Assembly: GCA_046754065.1 (NCBI GenBank)
Contig: JBHHVB010000001.1
Location: 2,369-66,368 of the forward strand
Reading direction: 5' to 3'
DNA: 64,000 nt
Source of the DNA: Gammaproteobacteria bacterium
GTDB lineage: Bacteria; Pseudomonadota; Gammaproteobacteria; SZUA-140
The notes under the pieces were generated by a model that saw only the letters and a program-made list of their open reading frames with translations, had not been told where the DNA came from and ran no database searches. Positions within the stretch are counted from its first letter, which is position 1. Each line of letters begins with the position of its first letter. Below are positions 30,301 through 37,763 of the stretch, one piece after another. A program made the translations under genes and the position numbers.

Positions 30301-30489
30301 TGTAGCAATATCGTTATCTGGTCGCGTGTTGTGCAGCGTTACCAGAAGGCGGTAATACACGGACGATTACTGGTCGTCGAAGGGAAGGTGGAAAGAGAAG
30401 GGTTGGTTGTTCATGTTATCGCAGACGCAATTCATGATTACACGGCATGGTTGGGAGAGCTGAGCACAAGTTCCAGAGATTTTCACTGA
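27376..30489 (+). CDS. dnaE2: Error-prone DNA polymerase DnaE2 (Pol III alpha paralogue)
   Basis: PHP domain YAELHCLSNFTFLRGAS, Pol III alpha core and a C-terminal OB fold. Start overlaps the imuB stop (TGATG). Confidence 0.9.
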   Translation: MGKAEYSPGYAELHCLSNFTFLRGASHPDELVNRAIELGYKALAITDECTLSGVVRAHEAAKGSALNLIIGSEIQLQDGPRLVLLAMNREGYAQLSTLITVGRRRAEKGEYQLFRTDLNGGLPDCLCLLIPPLSISDERQWMGEQHEAIDWLQSVFSDRCWLAVQILHLADEHRRVQLLEKLSAVADIPLVACGDVHMHERSRQPLQDIVTAIRLNTPVANVGFRLYPNGERHLRTIESLVLKYKSLWLQETVRIAERCHFSLDELRYEYPDDLVPSGLTAAEHLRNLTDQGVRHYWPDGEPEKVRRMIEHELQLIAELKYEHFFLTVHDIVRFARSQGILCQGRGSAANSAVCYCLQITAVDPARSNMLFERFISRERDEPPDIDVDFENARREEVMQYIYQKYGRHRAALAATLITYRRRSAIRDVGKALGLSLEQVDRLSNSLVWWEKDIAEERLRGAGFEPGNPVIQKLLVLVQQLRGFPRHLSQHVGGFVIARDQLSRLVPVENATMVDRTVIQWDKRDLEALGLLKVDCLALGMLSAVKRCLDLLKTHSGLDLQFDTIPAEDQATYQMMQKADTVGVFQIESRAQMNMLPRLKPANFYDLVIQIAIVRPGPIQGYMVHPYLRRRRGEEPVTYPGEEVKAVLKRTLGVPIFQEQVIELAMVAAGFSGGEADQLRRAIGAWRSTKRLENFRQRLISGMLKRDYEERFAEQIFNQIKGFGEYGFPESHSASFALIAYVSAWLKCHHPAAFTCALLNSQPMGFYAPAQLIQDVKRQGVEVLPIDVCYSHWESTLEKGSDETLAIRLGLNRVKGLSQATGEKILVARNQATLSSLYALHQQVQINRKESNALAAADAFHSLVGHRRQATWESLGMEINKDMFANMPPSPEMGVDLPAPPEGEEIVADYAHTGLTLRRHPLALLRQKFNHRGWVSSQSLVSCNINSRTYVVGLVVNRQHPNAGGTIFITLEDEFGCSNIVIWSRVVQRYQKAVIHGRLLVVEGKVEREGLVVHVIADAIHDYTAWLGELSTSSRDFH

Positions 30490-30622
30490 AAGAAGTATGA
30501 GTAAGATCGAATAAAGGATAATTCTAGCTCAGAAACAGTAATTTTATTGCTAAATATGTTGATAATCAAATCATCGAACCCATCTTCTATATAATGGTTC
30601 GCATGCTTCGGATAAATTCGCG

Positions 30623-31984
30623 ATGAAAGGGAAAATTGGCAAAGAGTACGTAGCCCCGTGGGAAAAGGCCTTTGACCGGGTATTAACCCCATTAGACGAG
30701 TTTATTCATCGTCAGACTACCAGTGGAGTTTTGCTAATGATTTGCGCAGTGCTTGCGCTTTTTATTGCTAATAGTAACTTGAGCACCGTGTATCACGGGT
30801 TCCTCGAATTGCCCCTGACAATCGGGTTTGAAAGTTTTCAGCTATCCAAGTCGCTCCACCACTGGATTAATGATGGTCTGATGGCATTATTTTTTCTGGT
30901 TGTCGGGCTAGAGCTTAAACGGGAGATCCTGGTAGGGGAACTTTCAGATTTTAAACAGGCAATTTTGCCGATTTTTGCGGCTATTGGTGGCATGTTGATG
31001 CCGGCCCTGGTCTACATTTCAATGAATCCTGAAGGGCCCACGTTTGATGGCTGGGGTGTGCCGATGGCAACCGATATTGCATTTGCGCTTGGTACACTCG
31101 CCCTTTTGGGAAGCCGGATTCCCAAAAGTCTATTGATCTTTTTAGTGGCATTGGCCATTGTAGATGATCTGGGGGCTGTTGTTGTCATAGCACTGTTTTA
31201 CACAGAGGCGCTCAATTATACAGCGCTGGGCACCGTCGGCATATTGATGATGGTACTGATTGCATTGAATCTGGGGGGGGTAAGGCGTCTGTCACCCTAT
31301 CTGCTGATTGGAGTTGTATTATGGATCGCGATGCTGAAAAGTGGTGTTCATGCGACGCTGGCGGGTGTCTTGCTCGCCTTTGTTATTCCGATGCGTCCAA
31401 AATATGATCCTGTACGGTTTCTGTCTCAACTCCATGAGCGAATGGAACAGATTAAACAAGCATATAGGCAGGACGAAAGTATCATCAAGAATGATCAGCT
31501 TCGTTCCAGAGTTCATTCATTGGGTGAAGGTGTAAATCTTGTACAGTCACCAGCCCAGAGGCTCGAGAACAAATTGCATCTTCCCTCGGCATTTCTGGTC
31601 ATTCCTGTTTTTGCGTTGGCAAATGCCGGCATTCCTATACACCTGACTGCAATTAACGAGATTGCTACTCATCCTGTATTGACCGGAATTTTGGCTGGGC
31701 TTGTGTTGGGTAAACTAATTGGAATTGCCGGATTTTCCTGGATTGCAGTGAAGCTGGGAATAAGCAAATTACCTCAGGGATTGAATTTCAGGCATATTAT
31801 CGGTGTTGCATTGATGGGTGGTATCGGCTTCACCATGTCGATTTTTATCGCAGAGTTGGGTTTTGCTCATCAGGCTGAGCATCTGTTGATGGCCAAAACA
31901 GGCGTGCTTCTAGCTTCGGTAGTGGCAGGGCTATCGGGTTTTATCTGGCTGTATTTTACCTCACGTCATAAAGCAGATGAGTAA
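30623..31984 (+). CDS. nhaA: Na+/H+ antiporter NhaA
   Basis: NhaA fold with conserved DD pair (IVDDLGAV); contains an extra ~55-aa segment relative to E. coli NhaA and a G8 homopolymer inside the CDS. Confidence 0.85.
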   Translation: MKGKIGKEYVAPWEKAFDRVLTPLDEFIHRQTTSGVLLMICAVLALFIANSNLSTVYHGFLELPLTIGFESFQLSKSLHHWINDGLMALFFLVVGLELKREILVGELSDFKQAILPIFAAIGGMLMPALVYISMNPEGPTFDGWGVPMATDIAFALGTLALLGSRIPKSLLIFLVALAIVDDLGAVVVIALFYTEALNYTALGTVGILMMVLIALNLGGVRRLSPYLLIGVVLWIAMLKSGVHATLAGVLLAFVIPMRPKYDPVRFLSQLHERMEQIKQAYRQDESIIKNDQLRSRVHSLGEGVNLVQSPAQRLENKLHLPSAFLVIPVFALANAGIPIHLTAINEIATHPVLTGILAGLVLGKLIGIAGFSWIAVKLGISKLPQGLNFRHIIGVALMGGIGFTMSIFIAELGFAHQAEHLLMAKTGVLLASVVAGLSGFIWLYFTSRHKADE

Positions 31985-32061
31985 CATCTGCTTTATGAGG
32001 TTTGATCTGAATAATTGCTTTCATTAGCTCTGGGATCAGGCAAGCAGAACGCGTTTTGCTA

Positions 32062-33033
32062 CTATAAACTGCTAGCCTCTGGGATAGATCCGCCAGAAAT
32101 CATCGCATTAATGGCATCTGCGAGTTCCTGAGGTTTGAATTTTGAAACGTAGGCATCAGCACCAACACCTTTACCCAGGGTTTTGTTTTGTTCTGCACTA
32201 AGTGATGAATGCATAATGACCGGAATGTCATTAAATCGGCTATCAGTTTTAATGTTCTGCGTCAGTACATAGCCATCCATTTCAGGCATCTCAACATCTG
32301 TCAAAATATACTGGATATAGTGAGAAACGGTTTTTCCTTCTTTTGCTGCCTTGTCAGCAATTTCCTGTAGCGTATTCCATGCCTCCTTGCCATTTGTAGC
32401 GACTGTATAATCGATTCCCATTCTGGTCAGCGTGCTGGTGATCTGGCTGCGGGCAACGACAGAGTCATCCGCAATCAACATACTGATACTAGTATTAACC
32501 GGCTTGATATCCTTATATAATTGATCATCTTCATAAAGGCACGCGGATTTTGCCAGTATTGCCTCGACGTCGAGAATCATGATCAGTCCATCTTCTGGAT
32601 TTTCGGAAACCGCGGTGACCAGCCCGCCTTTTTGCCTCGATATCATCGCGGGAGGGGCCTTTACTTCACTCCAGTCGAGGCGCTTGATACAATCGACCGA
32701 ATGTACCAGTAATCCCTGTACATGGTCATTATATTCAGTCACGATCAGTTTTGTTGTTTCCTCTTTCGTATCCAGCCCGCAAAACTGTGGCAGGTTGATG
32801 ATAGGTATCGTGTTACCACGTAGCGATATCATGCCCTCGATCGCATCAGGCATATCCGGTGCGCGTGTAATGTCCGGTACATGCATGACCTCACGTACCT
32901 TAAATACATTGATACCGTAGACTTCTTCTTTCCCTGTATCTGTTTCAGTGCCCAGGCTGAAAAGCAAGACCTCCAGTTGGTTGGCACCGGCGAGTTTTGT
33001 TCTTTCATCTATCGATTTTAGTAAGCCGCTCAT
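32062..33033 (-). CDS. cheV: Chemotaxis protein CheV (CheW-like domain + receiver domain)
   Basis: N-terminal CheW-like domain; C-terminal REC domain with DVEMPEMDG and a conserved Lys. Confidence 0.8.
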   Translation of the reverse strand: MSGLLKSIDERTKLAGANQLEVLLFSLGTETDTGKEEVYGINVFKVREVMHVPDITRAPDMPDAIEGMISLRGNTIPIINLPQFCGLDTKEETTKLIVTEYNDHVQGLLVHSVDCIKRLDWSEVKAPPAMISRQKGGLVTAVSENPEDGLIMILDVEAILAKSACLYEDDQLYKDIKPVNTSISMLIADDSVVARSQITSTLTRMGIDYTVATNGKEAWNTLQEIADKAAKEGKTVSHYIQYILTDVEMPEMDGYVLTQNIKTDSRFNDIPVIMHSSLSAEQNKTLGKGVGADAYVSKFKPQELADAINAMISGGSIPEASSL

Positions 33034-33259
33034 TTTTAATATTCCCTTTGGGTCAGCGTGAAACGGTTAATTTCCTTTTTCCGGTTGGCTACTCAAATTA
33101 ATTAAACTATGAAGCAAGAATTAATATGTAGCAGTTCCTGGCTAAATTATCGTTTTTTTGGGGAATTTCTTTAATTTTCAATTGGGCGGGGATGTTTGCG
33201 GTCCGGCAATGAGATGTTTCGGAAATTTGAATATTGATGTACTCAAGCCGTGATTTTGC

Positions 33260-34162
33260 TCAGGGTTTAAAGTCCTTGCCAGTTTCTTTAACAAAATCAA
33301 TAAATTGATGCGCGACCGGTGACAATTGTTTACCTTTTGGGTATACAACTCGCCATTTCCTTTTAATCGGCAAGTCAACAACGTCAAGTACGACTAAGCG
33401 GTTTGCTTCCAGTTCCAGACTTAAACTGAAAAGCGACAGCATTCCAATACCCAAGTTTGCCATGACTGCCTGTTTTATTGCTTCACCGCTACCCAGCTCC
33501 ATATAAGGCGTCATTGATAAGTCGTGAGACGCCAGAAAATTCTCGAATGTCGTCCGGATACCTGATCCCTCTTCTCGAAACAGAAAGCGTTCAGTTGCGA
33601 GTGTTTGAAGAGAGATGCAATTTCGGCCGGCCAATGGGTGTTTAGGGCTGGCAAAGATCACCAGTTCATCATCCAGAAAAGGGTGGTCTTCGCACTGCCT
33701 GTTTTCGTCAGCATGTCCCAATATGTAGATATCATCGTTGTTCTCATCGAACCGTTCCATTATGCGTTCACGGTTAGATACTTTCAGGTGTGGCTCAACT
33801 TTTGGGTAACGCTGCAAAAACTCACCGAGCAGGTGAGGAAGTATGTATTTTGCTGTTGTCACCACGCCGATTTTCAACGGCCCGGCAATTTCTCCTTGCA
33901 GGTCATAAAGTCTGGTTTTCAATCTCTCCATGCGATCAAACATATCTGAGCATGCATCGTAGAGCTCCTGTCCCGCAGCGGTGAGAAAAATACCCTTGCC
34001 GATTTTTTCAAACAGCGGCATGCCTATTTGCTCTTCGAGTCGTTTAACCTGAATGGAAACAGCGGGTTGTGAGAGGTGAATCTCTTCGGCGGCGCGGGTA
34101 TAACTCTGGTTTCTCGCGACGGCCTCAAATAGGCGGAGTTGTTGTAAAGAACCTAGGAACAT
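33260..34162 (-). CDS. cbbR: LysR-family transcriptional regulator CbbR (divergent from cbbL)
   Basis: N-terminal HTH (SYTRAAEEIHLSQPAVSIQVKRLEE), LysR substrate-binding domain, divergent position to the RuBisCO operon. Confidence 0.8.
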   Translation of the reverse strand: MFLGSLQQLRLFEAVARNQSYTRAAEEIHLSQPAVSIQVKRLEEQIGMPLFEKIGKGIFLTAAGQELYDACSDMFDRMERLKTRLYDLQGEIAGPLKIGVVTTAKYILPHLLGEFLQRYPKVEPHLKVSNRERIMERFDENNDDIYILGHADENRQCEDHPFLDDELVIFASPKHPLAGRNCISLQTLATERFLFREEGSGIRTTFENFLASHDLSMTPYMELGSGEAIKQAVMANLGIGMLSLFSLSLELEANRLVVLDVVDLPIKRKWRVVYPKGKQLSPVAHQFIDFVKETGKDFKP

Positions 34163-34321
34163 GATCTATATACTACAGTAAATGATAAATATAAATATAA
34201 TTAACTGGAATTTATTTAAATTGTCAATAAAATTTTACCTCGCAGTGAATAAACAAGAAAAACACTCTCTGTATATGATGTGTTTTTAATTTTTACAGTA
34301 ACCAAGGAGGAGAAAACTACC

Positions 34322-35743
34322 ATGGCTGTGAAAAGTTATAATGCGGGCGTAAAAGAGTACCGCGAAACCTATTGGATGCCTGATTACACGCCGACAGAAA
34401 CAGACCTGCTGGCGGTATTCAAAATCACTCCACAGGAGGGTGTGCCCAGAGAAGAGGCAGCAGCAGCCGTGGCCGCCGAATCATCAACAGGTACATGGAC
34501 TACTGTTTGGACCGATCTTCTGACTGATCTGGACCATTATAAGGGTCGCGCTTATGCTATTGAGGACGTGCCAGGTGATGACACCTGTTTCTATGCGTTT
34601 ATCGCGTACCCGATTGATCTGTTCGAAGAAGGATCAGTTGTTAATGTTTTTACGTCTCTGGTTGGTAACGTTTTTGGATTTAAGGCAGTGCGCGCGTTAC
34701 GCCTTGAAGATGTTCGCTTTCCAATTGCGTATGTCATGACCTGTAACGGACCACCTCACGGTATTCAGGTGGAGCGTGACATCATGAATAAATACGGTCG
34801 TCCGTTGTTGGGGTGCACAATTAAGCCGAAGTTAGGGTTGTCTGCAAAAAACTATGGCCGTGCCGTTTATGAATGTCTGCGCGGTGGCCTGGATTTCACT
34901 AAAGACGATGAGAATGTGAACTCTCAACCTTTCATGCGCTGGCGTCAGCGATTTGATTTTGTCATGGAAGCGATTGACAAGGCAGAGCAGGAAACAGGTG
35001 AGCGTAAGGGTCACTATCTAAACGTTACCGCACCAACACCAGAAGAGATGTATAAGCGTGCTGAGTATGCTAAAGAAATAGGAGCGCCTATTATCATGCA
35101 TGACTACATTACTGGTGGCTTCTGTGCGAATACTGGTCTGGCTCAATGGTGTGCCGATAACGGTTTATTATTGCATATTCATCGTGCAATGCACGCCGTG
35201 CTGGACCGAAATCCTCACCATGGTATTCACTTCCGTGTGCTGACCAAGATTCTACGTTTGTCTGGTGGGGACCATCTTCACACAGGTACAGTTGTTGGTA
35301 AGCTCGAAGGTGATCGAGCATCCACACTGGGCTGGATTGATATGCTTCGAGAGTCTTACGTCAAGGAAGATCGCAGCAGAGGTATCTTCTTTGATCAGGA
35401 CTGGGGCTCTATGCCGGGTGCCTTTGCAGTCGCATCAGGCGGTATTCACGTTTGGCATATGCCTGCGCTAGTCACCATCTTTGGAGATGATTCAGTGCTT
35501 CAGTTTGGTGGTGGAACATTAGGCCACCCCTGGGGTAATGCTGCAGGTGCAGCGGCCAATCGCGTAGCGCTTGAAGCTTGTGTTGAAGCGCGTAACCAGG
35601 GCGCTGAGCTTGAGAAACAAGGTAAGGACATACTGACCAAGGCAGCGGAAAGCAGCCCAGAGCTTAAGATGGCGATGGAAACCTGGAAGGAGATCAAGTT
35701 TGAATTTGACACAGTAGATAAGCTGGACGTTGCTCACAAGTAA
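34322..35743 (+). CDS. cbbL: RuBisCO large subunit, form IA (green-like), CbbL
   Basis: Translation has the form I active-site motifs ([33 protein letters not shown]). Start ATG 34322 has RBS AAGGAGG; the upstream ORF-track extension is non-coding. Confidence 0.95.
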   Translation: MAVKSYNAGVKEYRETYWMPDYTPTETDLLAVFKITPQEGVPREEAAAAVAAESSTGTWTTVWTDLLTDLDHYKGRAYAIEDVPGDDTCFYAFIAYPIDLFEEGSVVNVFTSLVGNVFGFKAVRALRLEDVRFPIAYVMTCNGPPHGIQVERDIMNKYGRPLLGCTIKPKLGLSAKNYGRAVYECLRGGLDFTKDDENVNSQPFMRWRQRFDFVMEAIDKAEQETGERKGHYLNVTAPTPEEMYKRAEYAKEIGAPIIMHDYITGGFCANTGLAQWCADNGLLLHIHRAMHAVLDRNPHHGIHFRVLTKILRLSGGDHLHTGTVVGKLEGDRASTLGWIDMLRESYVKEDRSRGIFFDQDWGSMPGAFAVASGGIHVWHMPALVTIFGDDSVLQFGGGTLGHPWGNAAGAAANRVALEACVEARNQGAELEKQGKDILTKAAESSPELKMAMETWKEIKFEFDTVDKLDVAHK

Positions 35744-35776
35744 ACGGGCTGAGGTGTGGAGTGCAGTGCGCATCGT

Positions 35777-35815
35777 CCCCCCCCCCATGTGTGTGATCGA
35801 TATCGATGTGTGTGC
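35777..35815. repeat. Homopolymer C10 + (TG)n + tandem ATCGAT-ATCGAT + (GT)n low-complexity tract in cbbL-cbbS spacer
   Basis: Seen directly: cccccccccc atgtgtgtg atcgatatcgat gtgtgtg. Confidence 0.8.
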
Positions 35816-35875
35816 TCTGCACCGAAGTTCAATTAGCTATGCAATAATTCAAACATTAAACAATGAGGTGTAAAG

Positions 35876-36232
35876 ATGAGTGATATGCAAGATTATAAGT
35901 CCAGTTTGAGTGATTCCTCTAGCCGTAAATTTGAAACCTTTTCATATTTACCGGAAATGGATCAAGATAGTATCAGAAAGCAGGTGGAATACATTGTGAA
36001 TAAAGGATGGAATCCCGCAATTGAACATACCGAGCCTGAGAATGCGTTTAGTCATTACTGGTATATGTGGAAGCTGCCAATGTTTGGTGAAACAAACGTC
36101 GATACGGTGCTGGACGAAGCTGAAGCTTGCCACAAGGCGCACCCGAACAATCACGTTCGCCTGGTTGGATTCGATAACTATACACAATCGAAAGGTGCCG
36201 AGATGGTTGTATTTCGGGGTTCAGCGGTTTAG
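35876..36232 (+). CDS. cbbS: RuBisCO small subunit CbbS
   Basis: 118 aa with the small-subunit motifs ([11 protein letters not shown]). Confidence 0.9.
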   Translation: MSDMQDYKSSLSDSSSRKFETFSYLPEMDQDSIRKQVEYIVNKGWNPAIEHTEPENAFSHYWYMWKLPMFGETNVDTVLDEAEACHKAHPNNHVRLVGFDNYTQSKGAEMVVFRGSAV

Positions 36233-36267
36233 CACTTAGGGAACTCTGATTAATGTTATAAGTGTCA

Positions 36268-36285
36268 TTCCCGCTAAGGCGGGAA
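36268..36285 (+). terminator. Stem-loop (ttcccgc-taag-gcgggaa) after cbbS, possible attenuator/partial terminator
   Basis: Perfect 7-bp stem with no strong T-run; such hairpins between cbbS and downstream genes commonly set differential expression. Confidence 0.4.
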
Positions 36286-36403
36286 TTCAGGAATATCAAA
36301 ACATAGATTCCTGTCTTCGTGGAAATGACGAGTTAATAAGGATTTCCTTGGTGCTGTACTCTGTTGTAGACCAAGAGCCTGCAGGTTATCCATTAAGCGG
36401 ACT

Positions 36404-36787
36404 TTGTCTATTTGGCCACAGAAATTAAGCCAGGTCGTAATGAATCTGAGAAAACCAGTTGTAGTTTTGAAGATGAATCAGAAACCAGAAAAGTATGTTG
36501 GTATCAATAATGATATCCATGGCGGCATGACCCAGATCGGAAAAATCATTCGCGACGCGTGGGTGTTTGGTTTTATACCTGAATCAGAAACTTGTGAAGG
36601 GTGGAATCTGGCCGGAATAGACAGTTTAATGGATAAAGTCAATGCAGAGTGGGATAAGTATGGTTGTCAGGTCAGTCTATTGACGGACGATTTGAAACGA
36701 CGTCATCAGAGAATTCATCGCGAGGCCTTCGAAAGAGCACGCAGCACGGGGTGGGGAGGTCATATCGAGATCGAAAGTGAAGAGTAG
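36404..36787 (+). CDS. Hypothetical small protein between cbbS and cbbQ (likely start at 36440, ~115 aa)
   Basis: Intact ORF co-oriented inside the cbbLS-QO operon; AGG RBS-like element before the ATG at 36440; no known family recognised. Confidence 0.4.
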   Translation: MSIWPQKLSQVVMNLRKPVVVLKMNQKPEKYVGINNDIHGGMTQIGKIIRDAWVFGFIPESETCEGWNLAGIDSLMDKVNAEWDKYGCQVSLLTDDLKRRHQRIHREAFERARSTGWGGHIEIESEE

Positions 36788-36875
36788 GTTTGCTCAACCA
36801 GGCTAATTAATGCCCGAGGCCATGATTGAGTACCGCATTGCTTCGTTAATCGATTAATTGGGAAGAGGAAAAGAA

Positions 36876-37688
36876 ATGTCGGCGATTGATATTGAACAGT
36901 ACAGGATCACATCCGAACCCTACTACGAGGTGGTAGGCAACGAGGTCAGATTATACGAGGCAGCCTATGCCCGGCGTCTGCCAATGATGTTAAAGGGACC
37001 CACAGGATGTGGCAAATCCAGATTTGTTGAGTCTATGGCGTTTAAACTGGGTAGGCCATTAATCACTGTTGCCTGTAACGAAGATATGACTGCATCTGAT
37101 CTTGTAGGTCGTTTTCTTCTCGATAAAGACGGCACAAAATGGCAGGATGGCCCGCTGACGACTGCCGCGAGGATCGGTGCAATCTGTTATCTCGATGAGG
37201 TGGTAGAGGCGAGACAAGATACCACTGTCGTTGTTCATCCATTAACTGATCATCGTCGCACTTTGCCATTAGATAAAAAAGGCGAGTTGATCAGCGCCCA
37301 TCCAGATTTTCAACTTGTTATTTCGTATAACCCCGGCTATCAGAGCCTGATGAAAGATCTGAAACAATCGACTAAACAGCGTTTTGGATCGTTGAATTTC
37401 GATTATCCTGATGCGGAGACGGAGGCGCAGATTGTCGCGAAAGAAGCAGGATTGGATAGCGCCAATGCGGCGAAGCTGGTTCAAATTGCGCATCGCGCGC
37501 GTAACCTGAAAGGACATGGATTAGACGAAGGTATCTCTACCCGTTTGCTGGTATATGCTGGTCATATGATCGCTGAAGGGGTGGAGCCTGAGGCTGCCTG
37601 TCATATGACATTGGTGAATCCGCTAACGGACGATCCAGATATGCGCGAAACGCTGGAAGCCGCAGTGCAAACCTTTTTTGTGACCTAA
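36876..37688 (+). CDS. cbbQ: RuBisCO activase component CbbQ (MoxR/NirQ-type AAA+ ATPase)
   Basis: Walker A GPTGCGKS, Walker B CYLDEV, AAA+ MoxR fold; RBS GGAAGAGG before ATG 36876. Confidence 0.9.
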   Translation: MSAIDIEQYRITSEPYYEVVGNEVRLYEAAYARRLPMMLKGPTGCGKSRFVESMAFKLGRPLITVACNEDMTASDLVGRFLLDKDGTKWQDGPLTTAARIGAICYLDEVVEARQDTTVVVHPLTDHRRTLPLDKKGELISAHPDFQLVISYNPGYQSLMKDLKQSTKQRFGSLNFDYPDAETEAQIVAKEAGLDSANAAKLVQIAHRARNLKGHGLDEGISTRLLVYAGHMIAEGVEPEAACHMTLVNPLTDDPDMRETLEAAVQTFFVT

Positions 37689-37763
37689 GCTCAACAACTC
37701 TGTTGATCTGTAACATGCATTTTTAAGCGCCGTTGTAAATGTCCAGGTTAGTGAGATTGTCTG

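Noticed and set aside
34280-34321. 14-codon N-terminal extension of cbbL in the ORF track ([14 protein letters not shown])
   Set aside because: Form I large subunits start at MAVKSY.../MSPQTETKAS-type N-termini. The ATG at 34322 is preceded by a consensus AAGGAGG RBS at ideal spacing; the upstream ATG lacks one.
35776-35790. Possibility that the C10 tract is purely a sequencing/assembly artefact
   Set aside because: This cannot be decided from the sequence alone. It is retained as a finding with that caveat rather than dismissed, because the flanking (TG)n/ATCGAT structure is non-random.
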